Part shown: positions 46,701 through 54,824 of the stretch, piece after piece | Numbering within the stretch: the stretch's first letter is position 1 | Layout of the letters: every line of letters starts with the position of its first letter | From: a virus | Taxonomy: Duplodnaviria > Caudoviricetes | DNA length: 64,000 nt | Virus record (IMG/VR): IMGVR_UViG_2811995368_000001 | Location: 11,894-75,893 of that record | Strand: one strand, 5' to 3' | Program-made: the position numbers and the translations under genes | The notes under the pieces: generated by a model | Database searches by the model: none | Seen by the model: the letters and a program-made list of their open reading frames with translations, nothing else | Told to the model about the DNA's origin: nothing

Positions 46701-47241
46701 CAACAGCGCCGACAAGCACCGCGCCGCGATGCGCGAGTTCGCCACGGCCAACGGGTTGAAGATGACCATAGCGGACTTCGACAACTTCGATATGTGGGTG
46801 CAGAACGAGATCGAGCACAATGTCTCGCTCGACGCCCTGAAGTCTGCCCTGACCGGAGAGAGCGAGCCGGAAATCATCGAGCAGGCTTCCACGTTCATGC
46901 GCGCCGCCGCGCCGTGGTTCGACTGGCAGGGCAAGGATCCGGCCAGCGACTACCTGCCGTACCAGTTCAAGCGTGCCATCGAGGAAGCTGTGCGCAAGGT
47001 GGTGGCGGGCGGCCAGCCCAAGGGCGACCTGCCGAACGACGTGGTGGGCATCAAGGGGAACACCCGCGCCTGGAAGGAAACTATCAAGCAATGCGCCGGC
47101 GTGGCCGGGAGCGGCAAATTCAAGTGGGATGGAGACGCCCTGACGTGGAACGTGTATCGTTCTACGTGGGAATACCTCATCAAGACCTACCCGAAGGCGC
47201 AGGAGCAATTGGAGCTTGCCCCTGCCACCCGCGAAATTTAA
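40798..47241 (+). CDS. DarB-like antirestriction protein (N6-MTase fold + SNF2-type helicase)
   Basis: YYTP, VLDPCAGVG, TNVPF; helicase motifs VGLGKT, DEAH, TATP, GINLQ, QRNGRGVRQGN; ~2150 aa next to portal as in P1. Confidence 0.85.
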   Translation: MLNRIAFDSAVGSGGVLARLKLVGELARVKAELKGANGALARLKLSARANQIRAELGAMQTATGGAAEGEQPAAPDATAGDDAPSAPRNQTAQYYEFDPNRKPAQRKKDNTEAMALLRRIDAGEVDSARLTPEEKLALAKYSGTGGALIGADGKKGSAYEYYTPKPIAEGVWELMGELGFSGGKVLDPCAGVGVFGATAPLSAAIDAVELNETSGRINGLVNAGPGYTATVSPFEKVAAATPDEQYDAVVTNVPFGGVADRGGNQLLDSRYQKEPLQNYFILRSLEKLKPGGLAVFITPPRCVSGKGGKEEELRVKASYVAEFLGAYRLPNSVFGTASADTMTDVIAFRKYSRDTLDKIAELREQSPKVLIEANVQWQPFIDGRYFDGEGKRFVLGEFVPKDPTKFRDVDRVITKAPIGEIGRMLKRFPDSRVNWDMLGASETTPIIYRDGDTITQAGQTLQMQDGRWVPLARGEDSASMADLVGKMKDPYAAFEAGATWPDAEKCVDYMVETSQSLDIPDWLRGAMAEIRRLKAADQRAQFWNAGIVGMAAAQVLQERLGEETGVNFLAEYPALSDAMQRVAGVAKKRPSALGGKLRDGLLTIGNHYQKKTGFSAVWRGDVQQQAPSVESTADSTFEGLRYKTKSIWASLEDTRAIYGEGFDPHADPAWCLSPDGKSVTRADDYYVGNYAEFLARVDADIAGAASDDIRAKLLRQKMDAAARIDKVDVSKLTFNLFSPHVSLEEKADFLRRFVHPSAAVIYDERTGEKRVDIDVPGSNLTDREKLLNRIGDYLKNGTITLGGVKLGMDDAKALHELRRMVNTANEQFNGWVRGNRAIVARLEAIASDPAKLRFRQVEDEAPMPIPGMNPDLTLHGYQNAYVRKTSREFGGINGFGVGLGKTFTALAATQYAQSIGVKSKTAFVVPNSVLSNWRKEAARAYANTDDCLFIGLRVGKDGKATVSSSNFDTDLTAVMENRHSKIFMTLEAFERIRLRDDTISAYEGFMRQADASFAESMDKKEDERAKGKQAGLLSVLSDKRGGAPYLEDMGIDSLVFDEAHVFKNSAQTVDFKGAKFLSLSPASRRGIDAQAKAWFIRGKSERKDGVLMLTATPITNSPLEMYAMLSLAAGHERVNDMCLGIRGADNFMEMMCAKENQDDVTMDGVARTTDVFVGLNNVGVLRKAIGEVATIKSAEDVGEQIVVPDREEKATPVTLPPEIVDRLKLYKGAFRWAIDLISEKSPNRGDQAAYDEVAEHFGEELNLIGHPFNLINKMTLLIADPELDQRATFYSFIPTQAAKAKDAIAQFNGKKFIEERPRPGPMTDEKAIVGHRTIKDTAGAETELLKVQVQAKVIDGNRVVIDTIDPDTQSAFEAIAEKLGLDLDVSVPPKLAAMLENFQHEQASPRGIDENGAATSIVKQIVFCDILPLHNKIKRLLTRRAGIPSGAIAVITGRTNNSPDEILAVQDGFNAAGEDNKYQTVIANEKAEVGINLQKGTQAIHHLTIGWTPDSLEQRNGRGVRQGNQTARVSLYYYDADGTFDTSKRSMVNKKADWIGQVMDVNGSGSVAVTGGLSKEQMEALIDVVGDADAMRRMQETIAVKEAQSRAANNRDRQMINLDTIRKQNAFLNDNKSADSFIIRKVIGLWKLERQAANLRDRISNPKATATAVAKNESLLAELTASMGGLRRQIEESATLFRTEWRAGGQVKERATLDAFFAALRNNPRKQKDDDIESMLMGRAYPAFAIEAIEGGPITNEWQAEVDMAQSMIDESKANFARQADEAGGYPAGVADDIAAGNGIIYNGKPLVDGTFVRLKGGLAVLSLVKGVPRAFGRMLNGQPMAANTQDVLAGEWVYRGTADYDSCITDAAQIEDKVNGGGTIENGFNEVVPEVAQRRKTEALVAYATHSYMLPQPFFPYVIPPRDASKTPVMQRIFDSQKAIIRSFDEAGNFVVPSDAAVERIGGGAYGNSADKHRAAMREFATANGLKMTIADFDNFDMWVQNEIEHNVSLDALKSALTGESEPEIIEQASTFMRAAAPWFDWQGKDPASDYLPYQFKRAIEEAVRKVVAGGQPKGDLPNDVVGIKGNTRAWKETIKQCAGVAGSGKFKWDGDALTWNVYRSTWEYLIKTYPKAQEQLELAPATREI

Positions 47242-47250
47242 GGACGAATC

Positions 47251-47664
47251 ATGGCCTACACCGAATACAAGTTCGACAAGGACGCCATCAAGGCTCTGGT
47301 GGCAGAACGCGCCGCCGGCCTGCGTGCCAATCGCGGGTTCTCGAATCTGCTGGGCTTCGGCCTGGGCGTGGTGGCGGAGCGGTTGCAGAAAGACCCGCGC
47401 CGCTACCGCGACTATGGCCCGTACTGGTGGGCGCTGAAGGATGCGCTGAAGACGGGCGGGTACGAGCTGGGCGATCAGGGCGACCCACTCATCCAGCGGG
47501 CCTACCAGGGGGAGACTGCCGAGGAAACCCTCATCATGGCCGACGAGTTTCGCACGGCCTACCTGGCGTCGAACATCATCTACACCAACCAGTTCATGCT
47601 CGACGCCGATAACCCGGACTTCTACACTCTGTTCGACAAGGACATGGAGTTTCCGGCGGCGTAG
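47251..47664 (+). CDS. Hypothetical protein following DarB-like gene
   Basis: 137 aa ORF with TAAGGA RBS. Confidence 0.65.
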   Translation: MAYTEYKFDKDAIKALVAERAAGLRANRGFSNLLGFGLGVVAERLQKDPRRYRDYGPYWWALKDALKTGGYELGDQGDPLIQRAYQGETAEETLIMADEFRTAYLASNIIYTNQFMLDADNPDFYTLFDKDMEFPAA

Positions 47665-47721
47665 CGCCGAACCCAGCGGCGGGCGTATTGCCCGCCATTG
47701 CGCGTCCTTTTCCACCGAGGC

Positions 47722-47762
47722 GGAAAAATAGGCGATAGGCCGGCGGCGGGGCATCCTACCCT
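47722..47762 (+). promoter_or_regulatory. Candidate late promoter 5 (leaderless)
   Basis: GGAAAA at 47722, TACCCT at 47757, ATG at 47769 with no RBS. Confidence 0.65.
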
Positions 47763-47768
47763 TGCCGC

Positions 47769-49343
47769 ATGGCCGACATTTCCAATACCCCCGTCCCGCC
47801 CAAGCCCGGCTTCCTGGCCCGCCTTGGTCTGTCCCGCAAGCGGTGGGCGTCTTCGCACATCGCGCCGGCGCAGCAGATCACGGCGTCGGATGCCTTCATG
47901 TACGGGGCCGGAACCACCACCATCGCGTCTCTGCTGGGTTCTGGAAACCGTGGCGCGCGCGCCCGGCAAATCATCTACGAGAAGTGGTCGATGATGGAGG
48001 GCGACCCCATCATTTCGACGGCCCTCATGCTGCTGGTCACTTCGGCCCTGGGTGGGCACGAAACCAACGGCGACCTTGTTTTCGTTGAAAAGAAGTCCGA
48101 GACGAAGAAGGACAAGCGCCTTTCCGCCATCGTCGATGACATCGCCGCCGAGCTGGCGCCGCTCTTCAACAAGACGGCCTTCCAGGCGGCCTACATCGGC
48201 GGCGCGTTCGGGGATTCCTACGCGCGCCTCTATACGAACTCGCGCGGCGTGGTGGACATCCACATGGACGAAACCATCCGCCCGCCGATGGTGCAGCCGT
48301 TCGAGCGTGGCAGCCGCACGGTGGGCTTCGCCGTCTATACCGGGGAGCGAGGCTTCGAGCGGCTTGACGTTTCGCAGATGGCCCGCCTGAAGATGCCGCG
48401 CGTCCAGTGGGTGCCACAGTACGGCGTCGTCGAAAAAGCGGTGCGCCTGGCAATCGCCGAGGACGACATCGACAGCTTGCCCATCATGCCCAGCATGGTC
48501 GGCGGCTCTCTGCTCTACAGCGCCGAAGGGCCTTACGACAATCTCACGGCGTCCCTGCTGGGCTTGGTCGGGCAGCGGTGGATGGATTCGATTGACGAGC
48601 AGATGGTGGCGGTCAATCTGGAATCCATGAACCTCGATCAGCAACAGCGGTTCGTCGAATCGGTCAAGGCTATGCTCATGGCGTCGAAAGCCTACGCCGA
48701 ACAGGCCGTGAAAACTGGCCGCCCGGTGATGGAGAGGATCCGGCACATCATCCCGGTTTTCAATGAGAAACAGCTTTCCACGGTGGGGCCGGCGAATGGC
48801 GGCGCACCTGGCCGCGCCGCGACTATCAGCATCGAGGACGTGATGCTGCACGCCCGGATGCTGGCCGGCGCGCTGGGTGTCGATTTGTCCATGCTGGGTT
48901 TTGCCGACCAGCTTTCCGGCGGTCTGGGCGAGGGCGGCTTCTTCCGCGTGTCCGCGCAGGCAGCCGAGCGCGCGCGCATCATCCGCGTGGCGCTGGCCGA
49001 CTTCTTCAACCACGTCATCGACATCCACACCATGCGCCGCTACGGCGTGGTGTTCGACCCCAAGGAGCGTCCCTGGACGATCAATTTCTTCGGGTCTATT
49101 TCGGCCCTGGAAGCCGAGAAGCAGCGCACGCGCTCCGATTCGATGAACGCGGGGATGCTGCTGGCCCAGTCCATGCAGATGATGAAGGAGCTGGGCGCGA
49201 GCAAGGAGGTGATGACCGAGTTCCTCGTGAAGACTATGATGCTTGATGAAGACCAGGCCAAGCTCTACGCATCCGTCGTGGATGCGAAGCCGCCCGAGGA
49301 CGACGGCGGAATGGGCGGCGGGTTTGGTGGCATGAGGGGCTAA
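47769..49343 (+). CDS. Portal protein (P1 Prt-like)
   Basis: 524 aa; MEGDPIISTAL, FGDSYAR, LAGALGVDLSMLGFADQLSGGLGEGGFFR; adjacency to darB. Confidence 0.7.
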   Translation: MADISNTPVPPKPGFLARLGLSRKRWASSHIAPAQQITASDAFMYGAGTTTIASLLGSGNRGARARQIIYEKWSMMEGDPIISTALMLLVTSALGGHETNGDLVFVEKKSETKKDKRLSAIVDDIAAELAPLFNKTAFQAAYIGGAFGDSYARLYTNSRGVVDIHMDETIRPPMVQPFERGSRTVGFAVYTGERGFERLDVSQMARLKMPRVQWVPQYGVVEKAVRLAIAEDDIDSLPIMPSMVGGSLLYSAEGPYDNLTASLLGLVGQRWMDSIDEQMVAVNLESMNLDQQQRFVESVKAMLMASKAYAEQAVKTGRPVMERIRHIIPVFNEKQLSTVGPANGGAPGRAATISIEDVMLHARMLAGALGVDLSMLGFADQLSGGLGEGGFFRVSAQAAERARIIRVALADFFNHVIDIHTMRRYGVVFDPKERPWTINFFGSISALEAEKQRTRSDSMNAGMLLAQSMQMMKELGASKEVMTEFLVKTMMLDEDQAKLYASVVDAKPPEDDGGMGGGFGGMRG

Positions 49344-49346
49344 CCC

Positions 49347-50252
49347 ATGTCCCTCTACAACAACATCGCCGAGAGCCTTTCCAGCAACGGCCTGTTCGGC
49401 TCCATCAAGTCTGGCTTGAACTCCGTGCTGGGCAGCGCCGCCGGCGCGGCGACCGATGCGCTTGGCGGCGGGAAGCTGGCAAAGACCGTGACCAGCATGG
49501 GCCAGAGCATGGCGTCCAACGCCGCGATGAACCTGGTCAATAAGTACGTTCCGCTTCAGGCCCAGCGCATGATTAACGTGGGCGGCGGCGCGCTGGGTGA
49601 CGTACTGCAAGGCAACTGGGAAGACGCCGGGATGCGCCTGCTGGATTCCGGCCTGCTGAACGACCTGCTACCCGGCATGGGTGGCGTGGCCTCGCAGACG
49701 ATGTATTGGGGTTCTCCCACCCCGCTATTCGGCGGCATCAGCCCGACCGAAGCGCGCAACATCTACGACGACATGCGCAGCCAGAAGCTGGCGAAAAAGA
49801 ACCTCTGGCTGATCGAGGTTTCGAGCCGCCTGAACGGCGATATGTCGCAGCGGTTCAATCTCTTCGCTACCGAGGTCGAATACGAGCCGTTCATCGTCGC
49901 CGGCGAGAAGCGCCGCGTGGGCGGGGCCGTGATCGACGCGGTGCAGGGCGCGGAACACGTTGAACTGCGCCTGACCACCATCGACGACCAGCAAGGCACG
50001 CTCAAGCGGTGGTTTGCGGCACATCACGGCGCGGCGGCGGCGCGTGACGGCACTGTAGGCGTGCCGGACAGCTACGCCATCACCATCAAGGTAGTCCATG
50101 CCTTCATCACCAGGGGCAGCAACCGTGGCGGCTATGAGGATGTCGGCATGTTCCGCCCGGCCAACATGGCCGTGAGCCTGTCCCGCCGTGAGGATGGGCT
50201 GGAAGAGGTGCAAATGTCCTTCTCGCAACTCGACACCTTTATGAGGCCGTAG
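49347..50252 (+). CDS. Tail/baseplate protein
   Basis: 301 aa before tape measure. Confidence 0.55.
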   Translation: MSLYNNIAESLSSNGLFGSIKSGLNSVLGSAAGAATDALGGGKLAKTVTSMGQSMASNAAMNLVNKYVPLQAQRMINVGGGALGDVLQGNWEDAGMRLLDSGLLNDLLPGMGGVASQTMYWGSPTPLFGGISPTEARNIYDDMRSQKLAKKNLWLIEVSSRLNGDMSQRFNLFATEVEYEPFIVAGEKRRVGGAVIDAVQGAEHVELRLTTIDDQQGTLKRWFAAHHGAAAARDGTVGVPDSYAITIKVVHAFITRGSNRGGYEDVGMFRPANMAVSLSRREDGLEEVQMSFSQLDTFMRP

Positions 50253-50253
50253 C

Positions 50254-52968
50254 ATGGCACTCAAGCACGACGCACAAGGATTCCTGACCGGCGACCCCAT
50301 CGACATCGGGCGTGCGCTCAAGGTCTGGGACGACATCCACGAGGACGTGCGCGCGATTCGCCGCGCCCTGACCAGCGGCACGCATGGAACGACTGCGCGC
50401 CCTGGCCGCGCCGACAGGGGCGGAAACGAGGTGGCGCGCCCGATGGCGCCCGCCCCGAGCAGCCCGCGCGCATCCAGCCAGATCCCGGCGCTGCTGCGCA
50501 AAGCCACTACGCCGCAGACGGGCGGAGCCAGCGCAAGCGCCATCCGGCGCGACGCCCAAGCGGTTGAAGTCGCCGGCCAGGCCGTGGCCGCCGTGCGCGC
50601 GGCCAGCCAAGCCACGCAGCGCGCCGTCGCCAAGCCGGTATCCCGCGACGGGCGCGGGCGCTTCGTGCGCGGCGAGGGCCGAGGCCCCGGCGGGGCTGGC
50701 GGCTCTGGCCCTGGCTCCGGTAACGGCCCCAGCGATCCCGACGAAACCGGCGCGCTGCGCGGCGTAGCCGACCGCATTGCAGGCGCCATCAGGGAATCCG
50801 GCAGCGGCATGGAGGAAGCCGACCCGGCCATCAAGGCCATGAACGAGGTGGCGCGCCCGATGGCGCGCGGCTACGAACTGCTGACCGGCGGCAACCGCGA
50901 GAAGCGGCAGGAAGGATGGCTGCGCCGCATCTGGACTTCGCTGACCGGGTTCCGCAAGGACGAAACGACCTTCAACAAGGCGGCCAACAAGAGCCTGAAG
51001 AACATCGAGGAAAAGCCAGACGCCGAGGCGCCCGGTGGTTCCGGCCTGCTGGGCGGGATGTTCGGCGGCCTTGGCCGCGCTCTGACGCGCATCCCGATTG
51101 TGGGCGGCCTGTTGGGCGCCGGCGGCGGCTTGCTCAAGGGCGCTGGCCGCCTTCTTGGTTTCGGCGGCAAGGAAGCCGCCGCAGCCAGCGGTGCCGCGAA
51201 AGAAGCCGGACTGCTGGGCAAGGCTGGCGGGCTGCTGAAGGAAGGCGGCGCGCTCTCCAAGATGGGCGGGCTGCTGAAGCGCGTCCCGATTCTGGGGGCG
51301 CTGCTGGCCGGCGCCGGTGCGGCGGCAGACGTGTATTCGTCCGAATCCGACGATACGCTTTCGCGGCGCGACAAGGACAAGAAGACCGGGGCCGCCGTCG
51401 GCGGGTTCGCTGGCTCGATGGCTGGCATGGCCGCAGGGGCGGCGGGCGGCGCAGCTCTTGGCACGCTCATTTTCCCCGGCATCGGTACGGCAATCGGCGG
51501 CGCAATCGGCGGCGCCGTGGGCATGTTCCTAGGCGACGACGCCGGGAAGATTCTCGGAGACACCGTAGGCGGCTGGGTCAATGACCTGCGCGCCGCCGAC
51601 ATCCCCGGCATCATCGGCAACGCCTGGAACGAGGTCAAGGTGATGGCGCTGGGCACCTTCGACTGGGTGAAGTCTGGCTGGGATTCGGTGGTGGGCACGT
51701 TGCAGAAGGGTTGGGACGCCACTATGTCCGCCTTCTCCGCCGTGGGCGACACCATCAAGAAAGCATGGGGCGGCTTCGTGGATACCGCGAAGGCGGGCTG
51801 GGAATCCGTCTCTGGCGCGTTCGCATCGGCCTACGAAGGGCTGAAATCTCTACCCGGCATTGGCCCGGCCATCAAGGCCGCAGAGGCCGGCGCGCGCAAG
51901 ATCGCCGAGGTGGCTGGCGCGGTGAAGGATGGAGCCGTCGAGCTGGGCGGCAAGGCTGTCGATGCTGTCCAGTCCGGCGCAAGCACCGCATGGAACGCGA
52001 CGAAGAACGCCGCCGGTAGTGCGTGGAGTGGCACCAAGGACTTCGCCGCTAGCATGGTGCCGCAGGGCCTGAAAGACCGCATCGCGGCCCGCCGGGCGAT
52101 GGAAACCGGGGCCGATTACAAGCAGGGCAACATCGCCGGGCTGGATGACGCACATACCCGCGCGCTGGTGGCCTCTACCGCCGCGACGGAAAGCGCCGGC
52201 GGAAAGCTGGACGTGGTGAATTCTGCCGGCTACATGGGACGCTACCAGGCTGGCGCCGGCTGGCTGGCCGACGCGGGCCTCATCAAGGGCGGCAGCGCAG
52301 CGGTGCAGGCGGCCATGAAGGCCGACGGCTTCAGCAACGAATACAAGTGGGGCCAGTCCGGCGGCATGTCAAAGTTCTTGAAGAACGCCGACAACTGGAA
52401 CGGTGGCCTGGACTACGACAAGTACCTGTCCAGCGCCGATGCCCAAGATGCGGCCTTCAAGACCAACTCCGACAAGTCCTATGCCCGCCTGCTGGCGCGC
52501 GGCGTCATCAAGGAGGGCATGAGCCAGGACGAAATCGCCGGGATCCTGAAGGCTCGCCACATCGCCGGCGAGGGCGGCGCAGCGCAGGCCGCCAGGGGCG
52601 TGAGCGGCCCAGCGGATGCGAACGGCACCACGGCCCTGAAATACAAGAACGACCTGGCCGCCGGCAACATCTACGCCAAGGCATTCGCCAGTGCCGACGC
52701 CGCGCCGGTGACACCTGCCGCGCCTTCTCGCCCGTCGATTGCTTCCGTGGCCACGCCTGCCGCGCCGGTGGTGGCGAGCGCCAGCGCGCCGTCTGTGCCG
52801 TCGGCCCCCAGCGTGCCGTCCGTGCCCGAGGCGCCGCCGGTGACAATGCCGATGGCGTCCAACGATTCGAGCAAGCCAATCCAGGTTTCCATGCCGGCGC
52901 CGGACGTGGGGCAGGACGTGCGCGACCGTGGCATTGCCCACGTCGCCACGGGCGGCTTGAGCGCATAG
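50254..52968 (+). CDS. Tape measure protein with C-terminal lysozyme-like domain
   Basis: Gly/Ala-rich hydrophobic segments, W-spaced 11-aa repeats, TESAGG...GYMGRYQ. Confidence 0.8.
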   Translation: MALKHDAQGFLTGDPIDIGRALKVWDDIHEDVRAIRRALTSGTHGTTARPGRADRGGNEVARPMAPAPSSPRASSQIPALLRKATTPQTGGASASAIRRDAQAVEVAGQAVAAVRAASQATQRAVAKPVSRDGRGRFVRGEGRGPGGAGGSGPGSGNGPSDPDETGALRGVADRIAGAIRESGSGMEEADPAIKAMNEVARPMARGYELLTGGNREKRQEGWLRRIWTSLTGFRKDETTFNKAANKSLKNIEEKPDAEAPGGSGLLGGMFGGLGRALTRIPIVGGLLGAGGGLLKGAGRLLGFGGKEAAAASGAAKEAGLLGKAGGLLKEGGALSKMGGLLKRVPILGALLAGAGAAADVYSSESDDTLSRRDKDKKTGAAVGGFAGSMAGMAAGAAGGAALGTLIFPGIGTAIGGAIGGAVGMFLGDDAGKILGDTVGGWVNDLRAADIPGIIGNAWNEVKVMALGTFDWVKSGWDSVVGTLQKGWDATMSAFSAVGDTIKKAWGGFVDTAKAGWESVSGAFASAYEGLKSLPGIGPAIKAAEAGARKIAEVAGAVKDGAVELGGKAVDAVQSGASTAWNATKNAAGSAWSGTKDFAASMVPQGLKDRIAARRAMETGADYKQGNIAGLDDAHTRALVASTAATESAGGKLDVVNSAGYMGRYQAGAGWLADAGLIKGGSAAVQAAMKADGFSNEYKWGQSGGMSKFLKNADNWNGGLDYDKYLSSADAQDAAFKTNSDKSYARLLARGVIKEGMSQDEIAGILKARHIAGEGGAAQAARGVSGPADANGTTALKYKNDLAAGNIYAKAFASADAAPVTPAAPSRPSIASVATPAAPVVASASAPSVPSAPSVPSVPEAPPVTMPMASNDSSKPIQVSMPAPDVGQDVRDRGIAHVATGGLSA

Positions 52969-52981
52969 GAAGGGCTGGCCC

Positions 52982-53022
52982 GGAAAAAGCCGCGATTCCT
53001 GTAGTTGCCTGCACCGCACACT
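52982..53022 (+). promoter_or_regulatory. Candidate late promoter 6 (leaderless)
   Basis: GGAAAA at 52982, CACACT at 53017, ATG at 53029 with no RBS. Confidence 0.62.
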
Positions 53023-53028
53023 TTGGGC

Positions 53029-53319
53029 ATGGCGACGATCACGGGAAAAGACATTCAGGAAATGGTGCGGCACTGGCTGAATACGCCGGTGTGCGGCTAT
53101 TTGGGTTCCGGCTACGGCCAGGACGCCAAAGCACTGCTGCAACTGCCGCAGGCTGACGGCGCGCCCGAAGCGTTCCTCGAAAAGATGCGCCAGGACATCC
53201 CGGCGCTTCAGGCGCTGCCCCCCGGCTCGCTGAACCTATACGCCGTTCGCACGCCGCCGGACAGGGTTGATCTGTTCGTCGATGTGGCCGGAGTGGCTAT
53301 TCAAGTGTCGGGGGCATAG
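53029..53319 (+). CDS. Baseplate wedge gp25/W-like protein
   Basis: HWLNTP..GYLGSGYG; 96 aa before baseplate J-like gene. Confidence 0.6.
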   Translation: MATITGKDIQEMVRHWLNTPVCGYLGSGYGQDAKALLQLPQADGAPEAFLEKMRQDIPALQALPPGSLNLYAVRTPPDRVDLFVDVAGVAIQVSGA

Positions 53320-53322
53320 AGC

Positions 53323-54819
53323 ATGTACACCAAGGCCGACTTTCAGAAAAAAATCGCCGACACCATCGGCAACTACCAGTCCATCGCCCCGCTGTATCAG
53401 GCCGGCGATCCGCGCACCTTGCAGCACCTGGACGCGATGGCAACCATGCTGGCGATGTTCTCCGCCCAGGTGGAAACCGCCCAGGCCGAACCCTACGACA
53501 AGGTGCGAGATTCCACCGTGCTCGCAGATGCCGCCATGCGTGGCATCATCCGCAGCGGCACGCCGGCGCGCGTGCGCGTGCGGGCCATCAACGGCGGTGC
53601 CGAGGCTTTTCAGGTGGAATCGGCGCGCACGCTGCTGGATTCGTCGGGCCTGCTGTACCGCGTCGAAACGCCTGTCTCCGTGCCGGCGGGCGGCGAGGCA
53701 ACCTTCGAGGCAAGCCAGCTTCGCGCGGTCACGACCACGCACACCGTCTCCGGCAGCGAACCGTTCTACGCCGTGCCCGTGCCGGCGGCAGACGATGACG
53801 CCTACCTGTGCTCCATTGCTGTGAGCGACGCCCAGGGCGAGTACGCCTACCGAAACCGCTACGTGAATACCGAAGCGAACGAGCGGGTATTCCACGTCGA
53901 GGCCGACGACCGCCAACAGGTCTATGTCCGCTTCGGCTTCAGCGGCGTGGTGGGCGTACAGCCGGCAGACGGCGCCGAAATCACCCTGACGACCTTCTAC
54001 ACCAACGGCGTGGTGAATCCGGCCTTCGGTAGCCCGTTCTCGTTCGAGTACATCGGCTCCCCGCTGGAAGCTGTCGTCGAACTGAAGATGGACGCGCTCT
54101 TGCAGCCGGGCCAGAACCCCATGCCCATGTCGGTGCTGCGCGACCTTGCGCGCTACCCATCGGTCTATGACGACAACGCGGTTTTTCTTGGCGAGTTCGG
54201 GTTTCTGGTGCGCAAGAAATTCCCCAACCTACAATTCCTCTCGATCTGGAACGAAACCGAGGAAGAGCAGGCGCGCGGCCCGAGCCTGGACAACATCAAT
54301 GCCTTGTTCGTCGCCTGCCTGTCCGAAGAGGGCGGAGAGGCCGTGCTCGAAGAGGCGGATCCCGCCGCGCCGGTGGCGCCGGTGAAAATCGCCGAGGAAG
54401 ACCTGACCGAGACGCAGCGCAGCATCCGCGCCGCAATTCTGGCCGCCGACAACAGCTACCGGGTCTATTTCTTCACGCCGGTGCGCTCGAAGATCGCCAT
54501 GTCCGTGAGCGCGCGCGTGAGCACGTCCTACGTGGCATCCGACGTGCGCCAGAAAATCATTGAGGCCGCGCTGGGCGAGTTCGGCCAGGCCGCCGCCGCG
54601 TCGCGCCGTGGGCGCAATCGCCCGCTCTACAAGCGCGTGTATGAACTGCTGCGCCAGAAGGTGGCGGCGCTGGCGAGCGGCGATTCCGACTTGACCGTGA
54701 ATATCGTGGAACCGCCGTCGCTGGCCGCGCGCCCTGAAATGTGGCGCTACGTGTCCGCCGATAGCCTGGCCGTCAATGTCGAAACGGCCAACATCGTCAC
54801 GCCCACCTGGGGCGGGTGA
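53323..54819 (+). CDS. Baseplate J-like protein (P1 BplA-like)
   Basis: 498 aa; RDSTVLADA, VRFG..GVVG..P; position. Confidence 0.7.
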   Translation: MYTKADFQKKIADTIGNYQSIAPLYQAGDPRTLQHLDAMATMLAMFSAQVETAQAEPYDKVRDSTVLADAAMRGIIRSGTPARVRVRAINGGAEAFQVESARTLLDSSGLLYRVETPVSVPAGGEATFEASQLRAVTTTHTVSGSEPFYAVPVPAADDDAYLCSIAVSDAQGEYAYRNRYVNTEANERVFHVEADDRQQVYVRFGFSGVVGVQPADGAEITLTTFYTNGVVNPAFGSPFSFEYIGSPLEAVVELKMDALLQPGQNPMPMSVLRDLARYPSVYDDNAVFLGEFGFLVRKKFPNLQFLSIWNETEEEQARGPSLDNINALFVACLSEEGGEAVLEEADPAAPVAPVKIAEEDLTETQRSIRAAILAADNSYRVYFFTPVRSKIAMSVSARVSTSYVASDVRQKIIEAALGEFGQAAAASRRGRNRPLYKRVYELLRQKVAALASGDSDLTVNIVEPPSLAARPEMWRYVSADSLAVNVETANIVTPTWGG

Positions 54820-54824
54820 TCGCC

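Noticed and set aside
23509-47754. Very long minus-strand ORFs (e.g. 1441 aa, 828 aa, 810 aa, 2356 aa)
   Set aside because: Antisense shadows of high-GC coding genes; no motifs or RBS
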